Part shown: positions 38,795 to 53,245 of the stretch, piece by piece
Layout of the letters: every line of letters starts with the position of its first letter
Numbering within the stretch: position 1 is the first letter of the stretch
From: Eledone cirrhosa
Taxonomy: Eukaryota
Length of the DNA stretch: 64,000 nt
Reading direction: 5' to 3'
NCBI GenBank assembly: GCA_964016885.1
Contig: OZ024743.1
Span: 197,036,001 to 197,100,000 of the forward strand
Notes under the pieces: model-generated
What the model was told of the DNA's origin: nothing
Databases searched by the model: none
What the model saw: the letters and a program-made list of their open reading frames with translations, nothing else
Translations under genes and position numbers: made by a program

Positions 38795-39135
38795 ACACTT
38801 ATTCCTGGTAGGAAGATGGAGGCAGAGTCCTCAAACACTACTTCCAGCAGGTCATGTCAGAAGCAACAATCTTCAAACTGTTCCGACTGGATCCCCAAGC
38901 GAGACCAGCCAAGTTCATGGATGTTATCTAACCATCTTGCCAAGGGACTGGCCCTGGGTCTCCTGCCTGTTGGTTTTGCCCATAAAATATGTCCAACAAT
39001 TCTTTCCTGAGACATTCTAACCACATGCCCATAGTATCAGAGCTGTGATCTCTCAATTCGGAGAAGTAACAACTCTACATGGAGTGACTCTCTGATCTAC
39101 AAGCTATGCAGTCTATCAGTAATGTTACACCAAGA
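38795..39135 (-). mobile_element. RTE family 3 3' fragment
   Basis: Homologous to 16070-16315 and to 29335-29720 (reverse). Confidence 0.78.
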
Positions 39136-39495
39136 ATGTTCAGAATTATTAATAAATGAAATATTGAATATCAACCTCTCAGCATGTTTTTTTCACAACC
39201 TCTGATCAATATTAACACCATTGAATAAACCCAATAACTGGGAATACCTGGCAAGTTACCTAACATCTTTTATTTGTGCATATACATTCACCCACCAACA
39301 TAAATACTGGGTGATACCCACAGAAATTGGAGCCTCATAACGAAAAAAAACAAATTTATAGACACACACACACACATCGATATTGGAGTTGGGTTCATAA
39401 CTTCCATGAGTGACCTTGAGTCAATCTTCTGTGAAACACGTGTAACAGGTTGATACACAATAAAATACATAAATACATGTAAAGGAAACTTCACA

Positions 39496-39605
39496 AGGAG
39501 GAGGAGGAGGAGGAGGAGAAGAAGAAGGAGAAGAAGAAGAAGAAGAAGAAGAAGAAGAAGAAGAAGAAGAAGAAGAAGGAGAAGAAGAAGAAGAAGAAGA
39601 AGAAG

Positions 39606-39636
<31 letters not shown>

Positions 39637-39780
39637 TAGCTCTGAGATAGATAGATAGATAGATAGATATATTTCTTTATTAGCCACAGGGGCACAAAAG
39701 AAGGGGACAAATACAAAGGGGGAAGTTTACATACAATAAAAACGTGTAAAATGTTATCACAGATGGAATTTAAAAGTTAG

Positions 39781-39826
<46 letters not shown>

Positions 39827-39890
39827 TTAGATAGATAGACAGATGGATAGATGGGTGGACAGATAGATAGATGGATAGGCAGATAGATGG
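39496..39890. repeat. (GGA)n(GAA)n(GCA)n and (GATA)n microsatellites
   Basis: Direct. Confidence 0.95.
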
Positions 39891-41778
39891 TGATATCAAC
39901 TATCTGAAACATTTCTAGTCTTTTGATTTGCTTTAAAAAAATGGAGTTGTTTGACACAATCAGCCTCAATGTTATTTGCAATGAAAACATTGAGGGGGTG
40001 TGATATGAAGATTATAGGGGGCGCAGGAGTAGGGAGTAGATTAGGGAGAGAGTGTGTGTGAGTGTGTGTGGGGGGTTGTGTAGTAAGGAGGCTGATCTTA
40101 GTGTTTTCACTGATAAAACAACTGATACCTGTGAGAGAAGCTGTCTATAGTATCACATTGCCAAAAGATGAGTTCATGGTAGTAAATGTTTACAATATTA
40201 CAAACATCAGTTAATAGGGAAAATCTGAGGATACAATAATACCAGTTTCTTGTTTGAGTCTCAAAGAAAAATACCATGGAAAAAATATTATGAAACTTTC
40301 TTTAAACACATACATACCGCTTGACATACACACCACATGCGACACATACACATATACATACATACACATAACTAAACATTGGCATACACAACACATGCGA
40401 CACATACACATATACATACATACACATAACTAAACATTGGCATACACACCACATGCACTACATACATACATTCATACATACATACATGCATGCAATGCAT
40501 ACATACATACAGACATACATACATACATACATGCACACACAACTAAACAGACATAAACACAAAACTAAACATACACACGCACACAAATATGCACATACAC
40601 ACTAAACATACACATACACACAGGGCTAAACACATATGCACTTACAACTAAATATGCATGCACACATCTAAACGTACATAGACACACAACTAAATATGCT
40701 CATTCATACATAACTAAACATTTACATATACACATATCTAAACTGGCATACACACACGACTAAATATGCACAAACACACAACTATGCATAAACATGTACA
40801 TATACATACACATACACACACACTTAAATATACACATACACGCACTTCTTGTTCTGGTGAAGTCTGTATTTTCTATTACACAGTCCACACCCACCAAGGC
40901 CAAATCATGTTATAGGTCATAACCCCATAGCACCCTCTCTACTATTTTGGATATTTCCACATGGCAAATATATTTGATTTATTTATTGATTGCAGAAAAG
41001 TATTGTCATCATCATCACCGTTTAACGTCCATTTTTCCACTCTAGCATGGGTTAGACGGGTTGTCCCATTTTTTAAAGGCAAGTTTGGATCAGATGACCG
41101 TGTCTTGTTCTCACATAATCATACAAATTTTTTTAAAACTGTGGTCCTTAGTTCAGTAATGTGTATCTCTGAGGTCAAGTTGGTCTTAATAGTAGTGTAG
41201 GGTCTGGGCACATACGAACCTCCTAAAACATGTGCAAATATATGCGATACAGTGGCAACATTAAGGAATAAATCGGCAACATTAATGAATAAATAAGTTA
41301 CCAACCACATCCAGTGAACCCACTGTAGAAATCACCACTGTTTTCTCCCAACTGAGAATATCTTGATTATCTCAGCTGTGAACCCCATGGATGCTTTTGA
41401 ACATAGTAATAACTGACTATAGGACACATGTACTGGATAGTAGAATGCACCGTATGGTGTCAAGCTATACAGACTGAAGCTTGGCATAAGTGTGTTGGTT
41501 GCAAAGTAACATTTCATATATCTGATATTATTCTGCTGTGTGACTACACAAAAGCAACAACAACAAAAGGTGAAACTAACAAACAATTTCAATTATTCAT
41601 CTTCATCATCATGATCAGATCATCATTTAACCTCAATTTTTTTCAGCTACTAAGAGGTGCATAGGTTGACACAGACTGAGTCAGTACTCAAGTGGAGCTA
41701 CTGACATCTCAAATGCACTGAGGGCCTGGCTCTCACATATGATCCCATACCCTACTGAGTGCATCTTGGCACAGTTAA

Positions 41779-41999
41779 CCCTTTAGCATTTACATTACTT
41801 TATATTTACTATTATATTTTCATGGTAAAGGCTTTATCTTACATTCTTATCTCACATAATATCGAATTCACGAGATTTTGGTATTATTTATTTTGAGAAC
41901 AATACCTTAACATCAGTATGAGTGAGTGGTTACAGCTGGTTTGCACAGAAAGAGGTGAGAGAATTCTGGCCGGATATGGCCAATTTAAATGCTAAAGGG
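41779..41999 (+). mobile_element. piggyBac-type MITE
   Basis: TTAA|CCCTTTAGCATTTA...TAAATGCTAAAGGG|TGAA. Confidence 0.88.
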
Positions 42000-42631
42000 T
42001 GAAAGAGTTCTCCCAACCCTTTGTTAGCATGTTTTCTATGGCTGGTTGTCATTCCAATCACTATAGTGTGTACTAGGTGTGTTTATCTTACAAATCACCA
42101 ACACTAGGGAGGTTTTCATGTATCTAACACAACTGGAAAGTCCACTTGACCCTTTGGCAAGTTTTCTATGGTTGGATGTCCTTCCTATCTCCAACCAGTT
42201 TACAATGTGTACTAGGTGTGTTTATCATGTAGAAAACATAAACCTACCAGTCCACACTTTATATAACCCAAGGATGTCTGGTATCAAAGAAAACCTGGTA
42301 TCATAAGACATTATGCTAGGTCAAGTTGTGTTATTTGGATACCAATATTATCATCCAAGACATGACTGAAATAGTGCCACAACAATTCTACTCGGAGTTG
42401 TGGAAGATATTTACGCAATTTATAAGACATTGAGAATTCTGTTGTAAAGATAGAAAAAAAAAAAAAAGAAAACCTGTTGTTAGAGTTATAACATTATAAC
42501 ACTAAGTAATACGAGAAACATTTGAGATATCAGCTACCTTAATGAGAGGTAAATTATAAGCTTAACTCACAGAACTAGTTATAATTAGAGCTTAACTATA
42601 ACTGGTTCATATGAAGCAGAAAACAATATTG

Positions 42632-43756
42632 ATCATCATCATCATCATCATCATCATCATCGTTTAACGTCTATCCTCCACGCTAGCATGAGTTTGGACG
42701 GGAATTTTCCCACTTGAGGCAAGATTGGTTGTCTTGCTCGTATAGGACTGTCTGGCGGGTTTTCTATGGCTGGATGCTCTTCCTAACACCAACCACGTTT
42801 ACAGTGTGGACTGGGAGGTTTTTACCGTGTTACCTACACGGCCACATTACAGCGTGGACTGTGTGTTTTTTTTGTCGTGACACCTACACGACCTCATTTT
42901 GTTTAGGACTGGATGTTGTGGTACCAACATAACTTTACATTGAGAGGGGTGGTGTGGATGGGGTGGGGGTAGTGGGACAGGGGGTGTATTTTGGTAAGAG
43001 GTGCCTACTGACTGTAGGTTTCACTTTGCACTTAGGCAAGGCGGGTCTTCTGTATTACTGCGTAGCGCCAATGATCTCGGTCCAGTGACATTGTCTTGGA
43101 GAGGTGTAAGTGTGTGAGGTCGGAATTTATCAAGTCGTCCCAGGTTTTTCTGGATGTGCCTACTCTGTGGCTACCGTTTATTTTGATCGCCCTGCACTTT
43201 TTTATACAGCTGTCGTCTTTCATGCGTATCACGTGACCATACCAGCGTAGTCTTCTCTTGAGTAAACAGCATCTGATCCCTCTTATTCCTAATTTCTCAC
43301 TTAGTTCATTTATGCTTTGCCGTTTATGTATATTACTATTACACATCCAACGGAGCATGCAAGCTTCGTTCCTCTCCAGTCTGCATAGATCCTCTGCACA
43401 CAATGCCCAAGTCTCACTGCCATGTAACATTGCTGTTCATATGCAGGCATCATACAGCCTGCCTTTCATTTTTAGAGAGAAACCTTTAACGGCCAATAGT
43501 GGTATAAGCTCTCTGAACTTTTTCCATCCCGTTCTGACTCTAGCTACTGTACTTTCAGAGCACCCTCCACCACTGCTGATTTTGTCACCCAGGTAACGGA
43601 AGGTGTCCACTATTTCTATAGAACCATCTAGGCAATGGAATGAGCTAGTATTCTGTGGGCACTTGCTGCTACTTATTGCACCAGAGCACCAGCCACATAT
43701 AAAATCTATATTCTTAGTTAGCTTACCTGTGATCCCACTACATCTTTTATGCACCC
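42632..43756 (-). mobile_element. 5'-truncated RTE LINE, family 2
   Basis: HKRCSGI..FICGWC..FRYLGD..GWKKFREL..LHGSETW..RRLRWYGHVIRM, then 3' UTR and (TGA)n tail. Confidence 0.93.
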
Positions 43757-43852
43757 ATACTTTGAATTTGGGACATGCATGATTATATATGAAATACAGA
43801 ATTGGTTTAGCATCCTCAATGTTTGGACTACTTCATGGTTATGTTTGGAAAT

Positions 43853-44260
43853 AATGGTTTCTGATTTAGGCACTAGACCAACAATTTTTTTGGGGGGGAG
43901 GGAATTGATTAAATCAACCCCAGTGCACTATTGGTACTTTATTTTAATGACCCTGTAAGGATGAAAGGCAAAAATAACCTCAGCGAGATTTAAACTCAGA
44001 ACAGCATGGTGTCCGGCATTCTACCTATACTGCCAGTCAACTGACCTTTCTGTTTGGAAATAATGATTTCTTACATAAGCACAATGCTTGGGATGGGTGG
44101 GGGTGGGGAAGGGCAAAGTTGATTAAATCAACCCCAGTACTTGACTGGTACTGTATTCCATTGACCCCCTCCCTCCCCAGAAGGATTAAAGGCAAAGTTG
44201 ACCTTGGCAGGATTGGAACTCAGAATATAAAGAAGTGGAACAAATACTGCAAGGTATTTT
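43853..44260 (-). mobile_element. Two tandem SINE family A copies
   Basis: Shared family A body twice. Confidence 0.75.
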
Positions 44261-45069
44261 ATTTTACCAATAGTGATGATGATTATTGTGAGTAAAAGAC
44301 TTTAATATCTTGTTTGCACCAACTTGATAGTGGAACTAAAGACTAATAAGACAAGACATGATGAACTTGAGCCCAGACAGAATGATCTGGAGGAAAAAAG
44401 ATTGTGAACATTAGGAATTTAATTTAAAAAAAACTACAACAACAGCTAAAATCCACACACACAAAAAAAATGGATTGATAAAATTTAACTTGAAATGGAA
44501 ATAAACAAAATGACAAAAGACTAATGATTGATTCCATTTTCAAATTCTAGTGGATGACAGGTGAAATTATTTGAAGTCAAACCTTATCAATTGATACAGA
44601 TTATGGAAATATATAATGATCTCATAATCAAAAATGACAGGGTAATGCTGCTTCTATTTTGCCCAAACTCTTTAAGTCGGGATTCATTTTGAAGAATTGT
44701 GCGCTCTTTATAAGTTTCAACACATCTTATGGGGGATGGTTGGTTCTAATTTCTTTTAATAATCAGAAATGAAGCCATATTTTAAGTTTCCATTAGTTTT
44801 TATCTCTAAAAAAATCTTCAATCCTACAGCTAGCTGACTCATGCTTCCATACTAGTATGATTGGGTGTAGAGAGGCAAATATTTGGATCGCTGTTTATGT
44901 GTGTTAATATTTCATGGCTACAGACAACCAATATTTTTTTTCACAAACAAAGCTTACCTGTCAAAAAAGGAGATGTTATATAATGAAAATAAATAATTAG
45001 ATAATTCAAAATCAAGTAAAATAAAAAATATAATAATTGTTAGAAAAAAAAAATGAAAATTGAAAACTA

Positions 45070-46111
45070 GGCGGGTAGGGGTGGTATGGTGGTGGAACGG
45101 GTAGTAGTAGTAGTAATAGTAGTAGGAGTATTAGTGGTAGTTGTGGTACGGGTAGCAGTAGTAGTAGCAGTGGTAGTGGTATGGGTAGTAGTAGTGGTGG
45201 TGGTGGTGGTGGTGGTGGGGTAGTGGTGTGACTGTGGGGTGAGGTGGGTGGTACGGGTAGTAATAGTGGTGGTGATATGGGTGATAGTAGTTGTGATATG
45301 GGTGATAGTAGTAGTAGTGGTGGTGGTAGTGGTATAGGTGGTAGTAGTAAACGGTAGGAAGTTTGGAAGGATGTCTTTCAACTGAAGGAACTATCTGTGG
45401 AAGTTATCATAATGGCTGCCAGAACTGTTGAAAGCACAAGTGAGGAACTATCAGACAAAGAAGCAACTGGAATATTTCATAGAATCTGATAACATCATCA
45501 ACCCTAAGTAAATGATGATGATGATGATGATAATGGTGGTGATGATGGTGGTGATGGTGATAGTGATGATGAGTGATGGTGATAGTGGTGATGGTGAGAG
45601 TGCTGATGGTGATAGTGGTGGTGGTGATGATAGTGATGGTGATAGTGGGGTTGGTGATGATGATGATGGTGGTGGTGATGGTGGTGATGATAGTGATGGT
45701 GATAGTGGGGTTGGTGATGATGATGATGATGATGGTGGTGATGGTGATAGTGGTGGTGGTGGTGATGATAGTGATGGTGATAGTGGGGTTGGTGATGATG
45801 ATGATGGTGGTGATGGTGATAGTGGTGGTGGTGGTGATGATAGTGATGGTGATAGTGGGGTTGGTGATGATGATGATGATGATGGTGGTGATGGTGATAG
45901 TGGTGGTGGTGGTGATGATAGTGATGGTGATAGTGGGGTTGGTGATGATGATGATGGTGGTGGTGATGGTGATAGTGGTGGTGGTGATGATAGTGATGGT
46001 GATAGTGGGGTTGGTGATGATGATGATGATGATGACGGTGGTGGTGGTGATGATGATGATAGTGGTAGTGATGATGATGATAGTGGTAGTGGTGGTGATG
46101 GTGATAAATGG

Positions 46112-46150
<39 letters not shown>

Positions 46151-46219
46151 CTATGATAATTGTGATTATGACTTTGATGATGGTGATAACGGTGATACTG
46201 ATGATGGCGATGATGACTA

Positions 46220-46253
<34 letters not shown>

Positions 46254-46281
46254 GGTGGTGGTGGTGATAGCAATGATGACT

Positions 46282-46325
<44 letters not shown>

Positions 46326-46400
46326 AACTATGGTGAGGATGATGATGACAGGAATAATAGTGGTGGTGGTGGTGGTGGTGGTGATGATGATGATGTGGGG
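45070..46400. repeat. GGT/AGT/GAT triplet low-complexity tracts with about 60-bp subrepeats, split by a 150-bp unique island
   Basis: GATAGTGATGGTGATAGTGGGGTTGGT recurs seven times within 45620-46020. Confidence 0.93.
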
Positions 46401-46724
46401 GTAATGAAGACAACACGACGACAGTGATGATCCAGATAATAATGTCTGCTATTCTTTTTAAATTAACTTCTCTATAAATGATTTCATCAGTTATTTTCCT
46501 GAAGATCTTAATTAGTTAAGCAACTTCTGGTTTGGGCCTGACAAGCAATGATAACTTCTCTTCTATACATTAAACCAATGATAAAGTTTTTCAGGGATAT
46601 TCTTTCATGATAGAGAGATAACATGCACAGTCAATTTGATCAACTGATATGACAATGTCAACATGCTCGAGAGTTTTAGCATTAATAAAAGTTAAAAGTA
46701 GTAGTAGTAGTAGTAATAATAGTG

Positions 46725-46773
<49 letters not shown>

Positions 46774-46893
46774 CAGTAGTAGTAGTAGTACATTACATCA
46801 GACATATTACTCAAAAGACTATTTTCAAATTACTTTCCATGCTTTTTATTTTAACTTTCCTTTTTAAATTTTCTATTATGATTATGAAAGTAA

Positions 46894-46943
<50 letters not shown>

Positions 46944-47329
46944 TCAAAACTTCTTGTACAGAGTTACTGATTTTTAAAGACCTTTCATTCTGTGTCCCAT
47001 CAAACAAAAACTTTCCACACCACCAACAACATTAAAAAAAAGAAAAACTCTCTCTCAACAAATATTCAATAAGGCATAACTAAAAATGTCACTAGCTATC
47101 ATTATTGCTCAATCCTTATCCAAGCAAAAACTTATTGTAAATAATAATGATTTTATTTATTGGCCACAAGAGCCGACATATAGGGGACAATAATAATGAT
47201 GATGATGATGATGACGATGAAATAAAAATAAATTTTAAGAAAATATAAATAAAATATATATATATTTTAAATTAGATTTATTTGAAATGTATTTATTTGA
47301 ATGTTGCTTTATTTTATTTATATTTTCTT

Positions 47330-47360
<31 letters not shown>

Positions 47361-48402
47361 GTATACACACACATAAATAAAATGCTTTTTTAAAAAAGTC
47401 TCCCTCTCCTCTATCAAAAAAAAAAAAAAAAAAAAATTGAAACTCAGCTAATGGAAGCATTCTTTTGGGGACAATAAATTTTATTATTGCTTCAGAACTA
47501 TGTTATTATGTTTTTCCCCTCCATTATAACATGTGTGGGATGGATTTTGCAAATTCTGACATTTGCATAATGCTGGAGCATTTCTTTTTTTATGGCTGAA
47601 TGCCTTGCCAATAGCCAGCACAACTCAACTGTAAAGAAGGAGTGTCACCTAGTTTATAGCAGTGCAGGTCCTGAGAGAGAGGGAGTGGGAGGGAGGGAAA
47701 GAGAAAGAGAGAGAGTGAGTGAGAAAGAAAGGAAATAATATGCCTAACAGGGGGGGTAACATGCAAAGGCTGCTTTCCACAATAATAATAATAATAATGA
47801 TGATGGTGATGGCTTATTTTATTGGCCACAAGAGCCTAAAACATTGAGGGGCAAGGGGGGGGGGGGGAGTACAAGGACAAAAAACAACAACACAGTGGGG
47901 ACAGTACTGAAGAGAGAAAAAAGGTACAACAGTAATAAAAAAAAAAATATATATATATATATTCCTGATAACAATAACAATAAAAGATGATAATGATAAT
48001 AATGATAGAAAGTTCAGTAGCCAATGTGATTAGGGAACAGAATTGGCACCTAAGCTGAATTCTATGGCAAGAAGGAAGTCAGTGACAGAAAAAAAAAAAG
48101 GGGGGGGGGGCTTTAGTTTAATGTGGTCAACTATTTGCTAATTACTAATTTGGGAGAGACAGGCTGAAAATAATCCTTATTGACTGCAAATGAAACAAAA
48201 GAAAAAATAAAGAAAAAAATATTTGATGAAGCCAGAAGAATGAAGAATAATGGCTTGTGATAATAACAGTTGCTGGCTTTAGATTTTTTCATTATTTAAT
48301 AATACCATATGGTGCAAATTTCACCTTACCACAAAGGCATTGAAAAAGACATGTCTGTGTATATGTGTGTGCATTATATATATATATATATTGTAGTACT
48401 CA

Positions 48403-48448
48403 ACATTTGATAAGATGAAGTTTATTAATACATCGAAACCGGTAATAC
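48403..48448 (+). ncRNA. Degenerate hammerhead-like motif
   Basis: TTGATAA-GATG..CATC-GAAA-CCGG-TA. Confidence 0.45.
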
Positions 48449-48579
48449 TTTATATTTATTATAAAACTCTTTTTTAAAAGAATTGTCCCTCTCATTTTTT
48501 CAATAATGCCACTTTGACTAATCAAAGAAAGGGAAAAATGTAAAACAGACCCTTAAATATATTTTCAGTGCTATTACCA

Positions 48580-48671
<92 letters not shown>

Positions 48672-49769
48672 ATATATACTTAATACATTAACAGAGAAAG
48701 CTATTAGCAATACTCCAACCAACCTCCATCTCACTCAACAAACATTAGGAAATACCTGAGTATATTCCCAATTATATGTTTGGGGTGCTAACTATATTGT
48801 ATTATGTGGAAAGTCGGCTGTATTATTTTATATGAGACATAATTAAATAAATCTCACTTTCGATACGATCGTATGTATATTGTATGTATATATATATATA
48901 GTTCTGTATGAGCAAGACATGATCACCTGACCTGACATTGCTCACAACAGGACAACTCATCTAACCCATGCTTGCATGGAAAAATGTTAAACAGTGATTA
49001 TGATGATACAGGTTTTGATTTAGACCTAGGGGAGCCTTGGGAACTTCAGGTTTGGGGATCCCCTCATACATCAAAAACAGCAAATCTCCCAATTTTACAT
49101 ATCAAAGTTAGCTTGAAGAAAGTAATTGGAATTGAAAAGTTATATGTACAGGAATTAAATAAAAAAATCCTAACTATCCTAAAACTAAAAAGCCTAACTC
49201 ACATAATATCGAATTTTGATATTATTCATTTTGAGAACAATACGTTAACGTCAGTATGAGTGACCAGTTACAGCCGGTTTGAACTGAAAGATGTGAGAGA
49301 ATTCTGGCTGCATATCGCTGGTTTAAATGCTAAAGGGTTAAGACCTTCAGGCAATTATATCAAACATGGTAGTTTCTATTTTGTCAAATTCAATAAAGAG
49401 GTATTGGTTAGCCAAGACCATTGCAGAAGTCATTTGTCCAACGTGCAGCAGAGTGAGACTGAACTCAAAAACACTTGGTAACAACACAACCAAACATCTG
49501 CCTATATGTGTGAGTGTGCTTGTACATGTATGTGTGTGTGTGTATTTACTCATGTGAGTATTTTTCTGCCTTAGTGTGTATGTCTATGCATATATGTATG
49601 TGAAAGTGCATACATATGTACGTGTGTGTGTGTGTGCCTTCGCTGTGATTATTTGGTAAAAACAAATAGAGAAAGAGAAAAAGAAAGTGAAAGAGGGAGA
49701 GAGAGAAGAGAGGAATTTAAAAAAGAAATAAGGAAATCTAAGTCAATAACAAATTCTTTAACCACAGTA

Positions 49770-50170
<401 letters not shown>

Positions 50171-51289
50171 AAGTATGTATATGAAGCTAAAACAGATCCC
50201 CTTTAATGGAGGAAGATAGATCTGTTATAGGCAGAGAAGATAATTGGCGGTTGTATTGAATATATAAGAATAGGATTATTTGTTATCTACTTACACTCAC
50301 ACACAATCTTAAACAATATACATATAATAGAGATAGTATATGTGTATATGGGAGTGTGTATGTGTGTGTATATATATACATACACACACACATGCTCACA
50401 TATATACATATATATAAGTAACTCTTAATCCATTGCTGTTGAAAGTTTGATTAAGTATATATGCGTGTGTAAGTGTGGAGCTATTCCTACACACATGCAG
50501 ATGCAGTCAGTTTTTCTCCCTCTCCCTCACAAGCATACACACACACAAACAAATTCAGAAAAGACTATTTTGATGAACATTGAGGTTTTACTAATTGTTC
50601 CAGCGTAATTTGCTTAAGTAATATTGAGTAGTTTTTATCAGAATTTCATTCACAATGCTACACATCCACCCCAAATCCCCCTTATTCCATATAAGCAAAG
50701 ATCTTGATTTCTTGCAAGTCTTTGCAGTTTATCCAGCTTCCTTAGTAATCCTTTTGAACAAATTAAATGTTGAAATTTCTTCAAGAGGAATGAATAGTTA
50801 TCTGTAATTAAACATAAGTAGTAAGCAGAGCAATAAATATTGTATGGAACAAACTGGGCCAAGAGGTTCTACTCTTCTCGATTAATGTGCTCAGTTAGCA
50901 GAATCGTTAGATTATGTGGCTTTGTATTATTTGTTCTGGCTCTTAGTGTTCAGAGTTCAAATCCCATGACAAGGAGGGCAATATTTCCATTCACCCACCC
51001 TTCTGGGGTTTTGCCAATAAAGTAGCATTTCAGTGTCAATGGATCTCCTTATATGTTACAATCATTCTTCTGTTTCTCTTTCTTCCTCCTTCCCCTCCAC
51101 AACACCACCATAATTGTGAGGTTTAGCATCCTGGGTTCATCGCTTACCATACTTCTGCCCATTTTTTTTTCTTTATAGGGGAGAGTCTTTCTCTTCCTCA
51201 TTTTTTATTCTATTTGCATTGTTTAACACTTTACCTACCCAACTCTTATTCTTCAGATATGTCACATATTCTTTTCCAACACACTCATT

Positions 51290-51825
51290 CCCCTTCTACA
51301 TTAGTTCAGATGCCTCTAATGCCCAATTTTTCTCTTAGTATGTTTGTGCTCCATTGTTCAAGCAAGTTGACATTGCATATCCAGAGAAATACATTTGTCT
51401 AATTTCTTCCATAACATTCAGTGCATATGTCTCAGTACTATTGTAACATTGCATTTTGCATATAATCGTCAAACAGTCTTCCCTTCGTATGACCGGAGAA
51501 GAGGTTTGGTGTCAAGAGAGTTTAATATCTCCCTGAACATTTTCTACCATGTCTTTATTATTTCCTGAGACATTCTAACTACATACCTGTAGTAATGGAG
51601 CTGTAATCTCTCAATTCAGAGAAGTAGCAGCTCTACCCAGAGTGACTCTCTGATCCCTGAGCTACACACTCTATTGAGTAACGTTACTCCAAAGACCCTT
51701 TGGAGGAACCCCGTTTCAGTCGCTTGTATTCACGAATGTATTCTTTCGGTCATTACCCAAGATTCATCATCATCACTGTTTTACGTCCGTTCTTCCATGC
51801 TAGCATGGTAGCATGGGTTAGACGG
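51290..51825 (-). mobile_element. Adjacent decayed RTE fragments
   Basis: REKLGIRGI-like and GHVVRM-like remnants plus a CCATGCTAGCATGG tail. Confidence 0.65.
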
Positions 51826-51989
51826 ATATTCATGACCTAAATAAAAATAGGTAGTTATCATCTATGAATTCTTTGGAGTAACGTTACTCTATCGAGTAGA
51901 ACCTAACTAAAAGCATTTTGTGTGTTCTGAATATGGAGTGTTAACAACGAAAATATGCAAAGAGTAGATTTCAGCTGTATTTTGTAAAT

Positions 51990-52172
51990 TAATTGTTTCT
52001 ACTTTAGGCACAAGGCCAGCAATTACCCAGTGCATTACTGGTACTTTATTTTATCGACCCCGTAAGGATGAAAGGCAAAGTCAACCTCGGCGGGATTTGA
52101 ACTCAGATTGTAAAGGGACGTAACTATGCTGGAAAGCATGGCGTCCGACCCTCTACCGATACTGCCAATTCA
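51990..52172 (-). mobile_element. SINE family A, young-looking copy
   Basis: Near reverse complement of 56808-57003. Confidence 0.9.
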
Positions 52173-52604
52173 CTGTAAATTAATGTTCTTTTATGCCTTT
52201 CACAAATTTCTTTAAAGTGAACAATAACAGTAAATATTATTGTCGGTATCTTTTCATAAATACTCTAAACTGTACACAATGCTGTCCATGTATCAAAGTA
52301 GAAATTACACTATAAGATTTGTTGTGTGATAAAAGAAGACTTGTTTATTATACTTCATATCCACTGCTAAGGGAAAGAGAGAAAAATAAGATTCTAACGA
52401 ATAAATATACCTAATAGTACTATAGCCATTAAATTATTGTTCATAAAAATATGATAAATATAGAAAAATATACTGACTGACTTAAATGTAATTGTTGTTA
52501 TACAAGACCAAATCTAACTATGTATATTTATAATACGCTCTCTCATTTTGCACAATTACACACACACGTGTGTGTATTTATATATGTATGTATATGTATA
52601 TATA

Positions 52605-52900
52605 TCATCATCATCATTTTACGTCTGCTTTTCCCTGCTTGCAAGGGTGGGATGGGTCCTATTCAGCACAGCATTTCTTCACTTGTCATGGTCCTGAGTT
52701 TCAGCGATCTGGGGTCTGCTCTCACCACCTCTGCCCATGTTTTACGTGGTCTACTTTACTGCGTCTTCCTTCTACTGGGATTTCTTGGCACTTCTTTACT
52801 CAGCGGTCATCCTGCATGCGCATCACATGTCCATACCATCTCAACCTTCTCTCCTGTACATCACAACTTATCCCTCTTATACCCAGATTCTTTCTCAACT
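52605..52900 (-). mobile_element. RTE 3' fragment with CCCTTGCAAGCAGGG tail
   Basis: RLRWYGHVMRM remnant on minus strand; (TGA)n tail. Confidence 0.8.
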
Positions 52901-52975
52901 CGTCTATATGTGTGTATATTAGAGGTATATAAGAAAGCATATATAATATGTTCCTGTGTAATAAATAATATATGT

Positions 52976-53026
52976 CTTACAGTCGGTGTTTCAGCTGTGA
53001 TCATGTCGCAGCTACCTCAGTGTGAG
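52976..53026 (-). ncRNA. Degenerate hammerhead-like motif
   Basis: Minus strand: CTCACA-CTGAGGT-AGCTG..CAGCT-GAAA-CACCGAC-TGTAAG. Confidence 0.45.
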
Positions 53027-53245
53027 TGTATGAGAATGTCAGGTATTAGTGTCATATATCTACGTTTATTATACATATTCCTTATGGGTTCATATATAGC
53101 TCTATATGAATACCGTTATGTTAGCATTTCAGTGCTACAGGGTATATATATATATATATATATATATCAGGATAGAACCAGTTTAAACCTAGTTAGATCA
53201 TTACTTAACAGAGTACTCGATATTTAGAGTAGTAGATTATGGTTA

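Noticed and set aside
45512-46114. Asp/Gly/Ser-rich biomineralisation-like protein
   Set aside because: Triplet low-complexity DNA open in several frames on both strands; no signal peptide or splice context.
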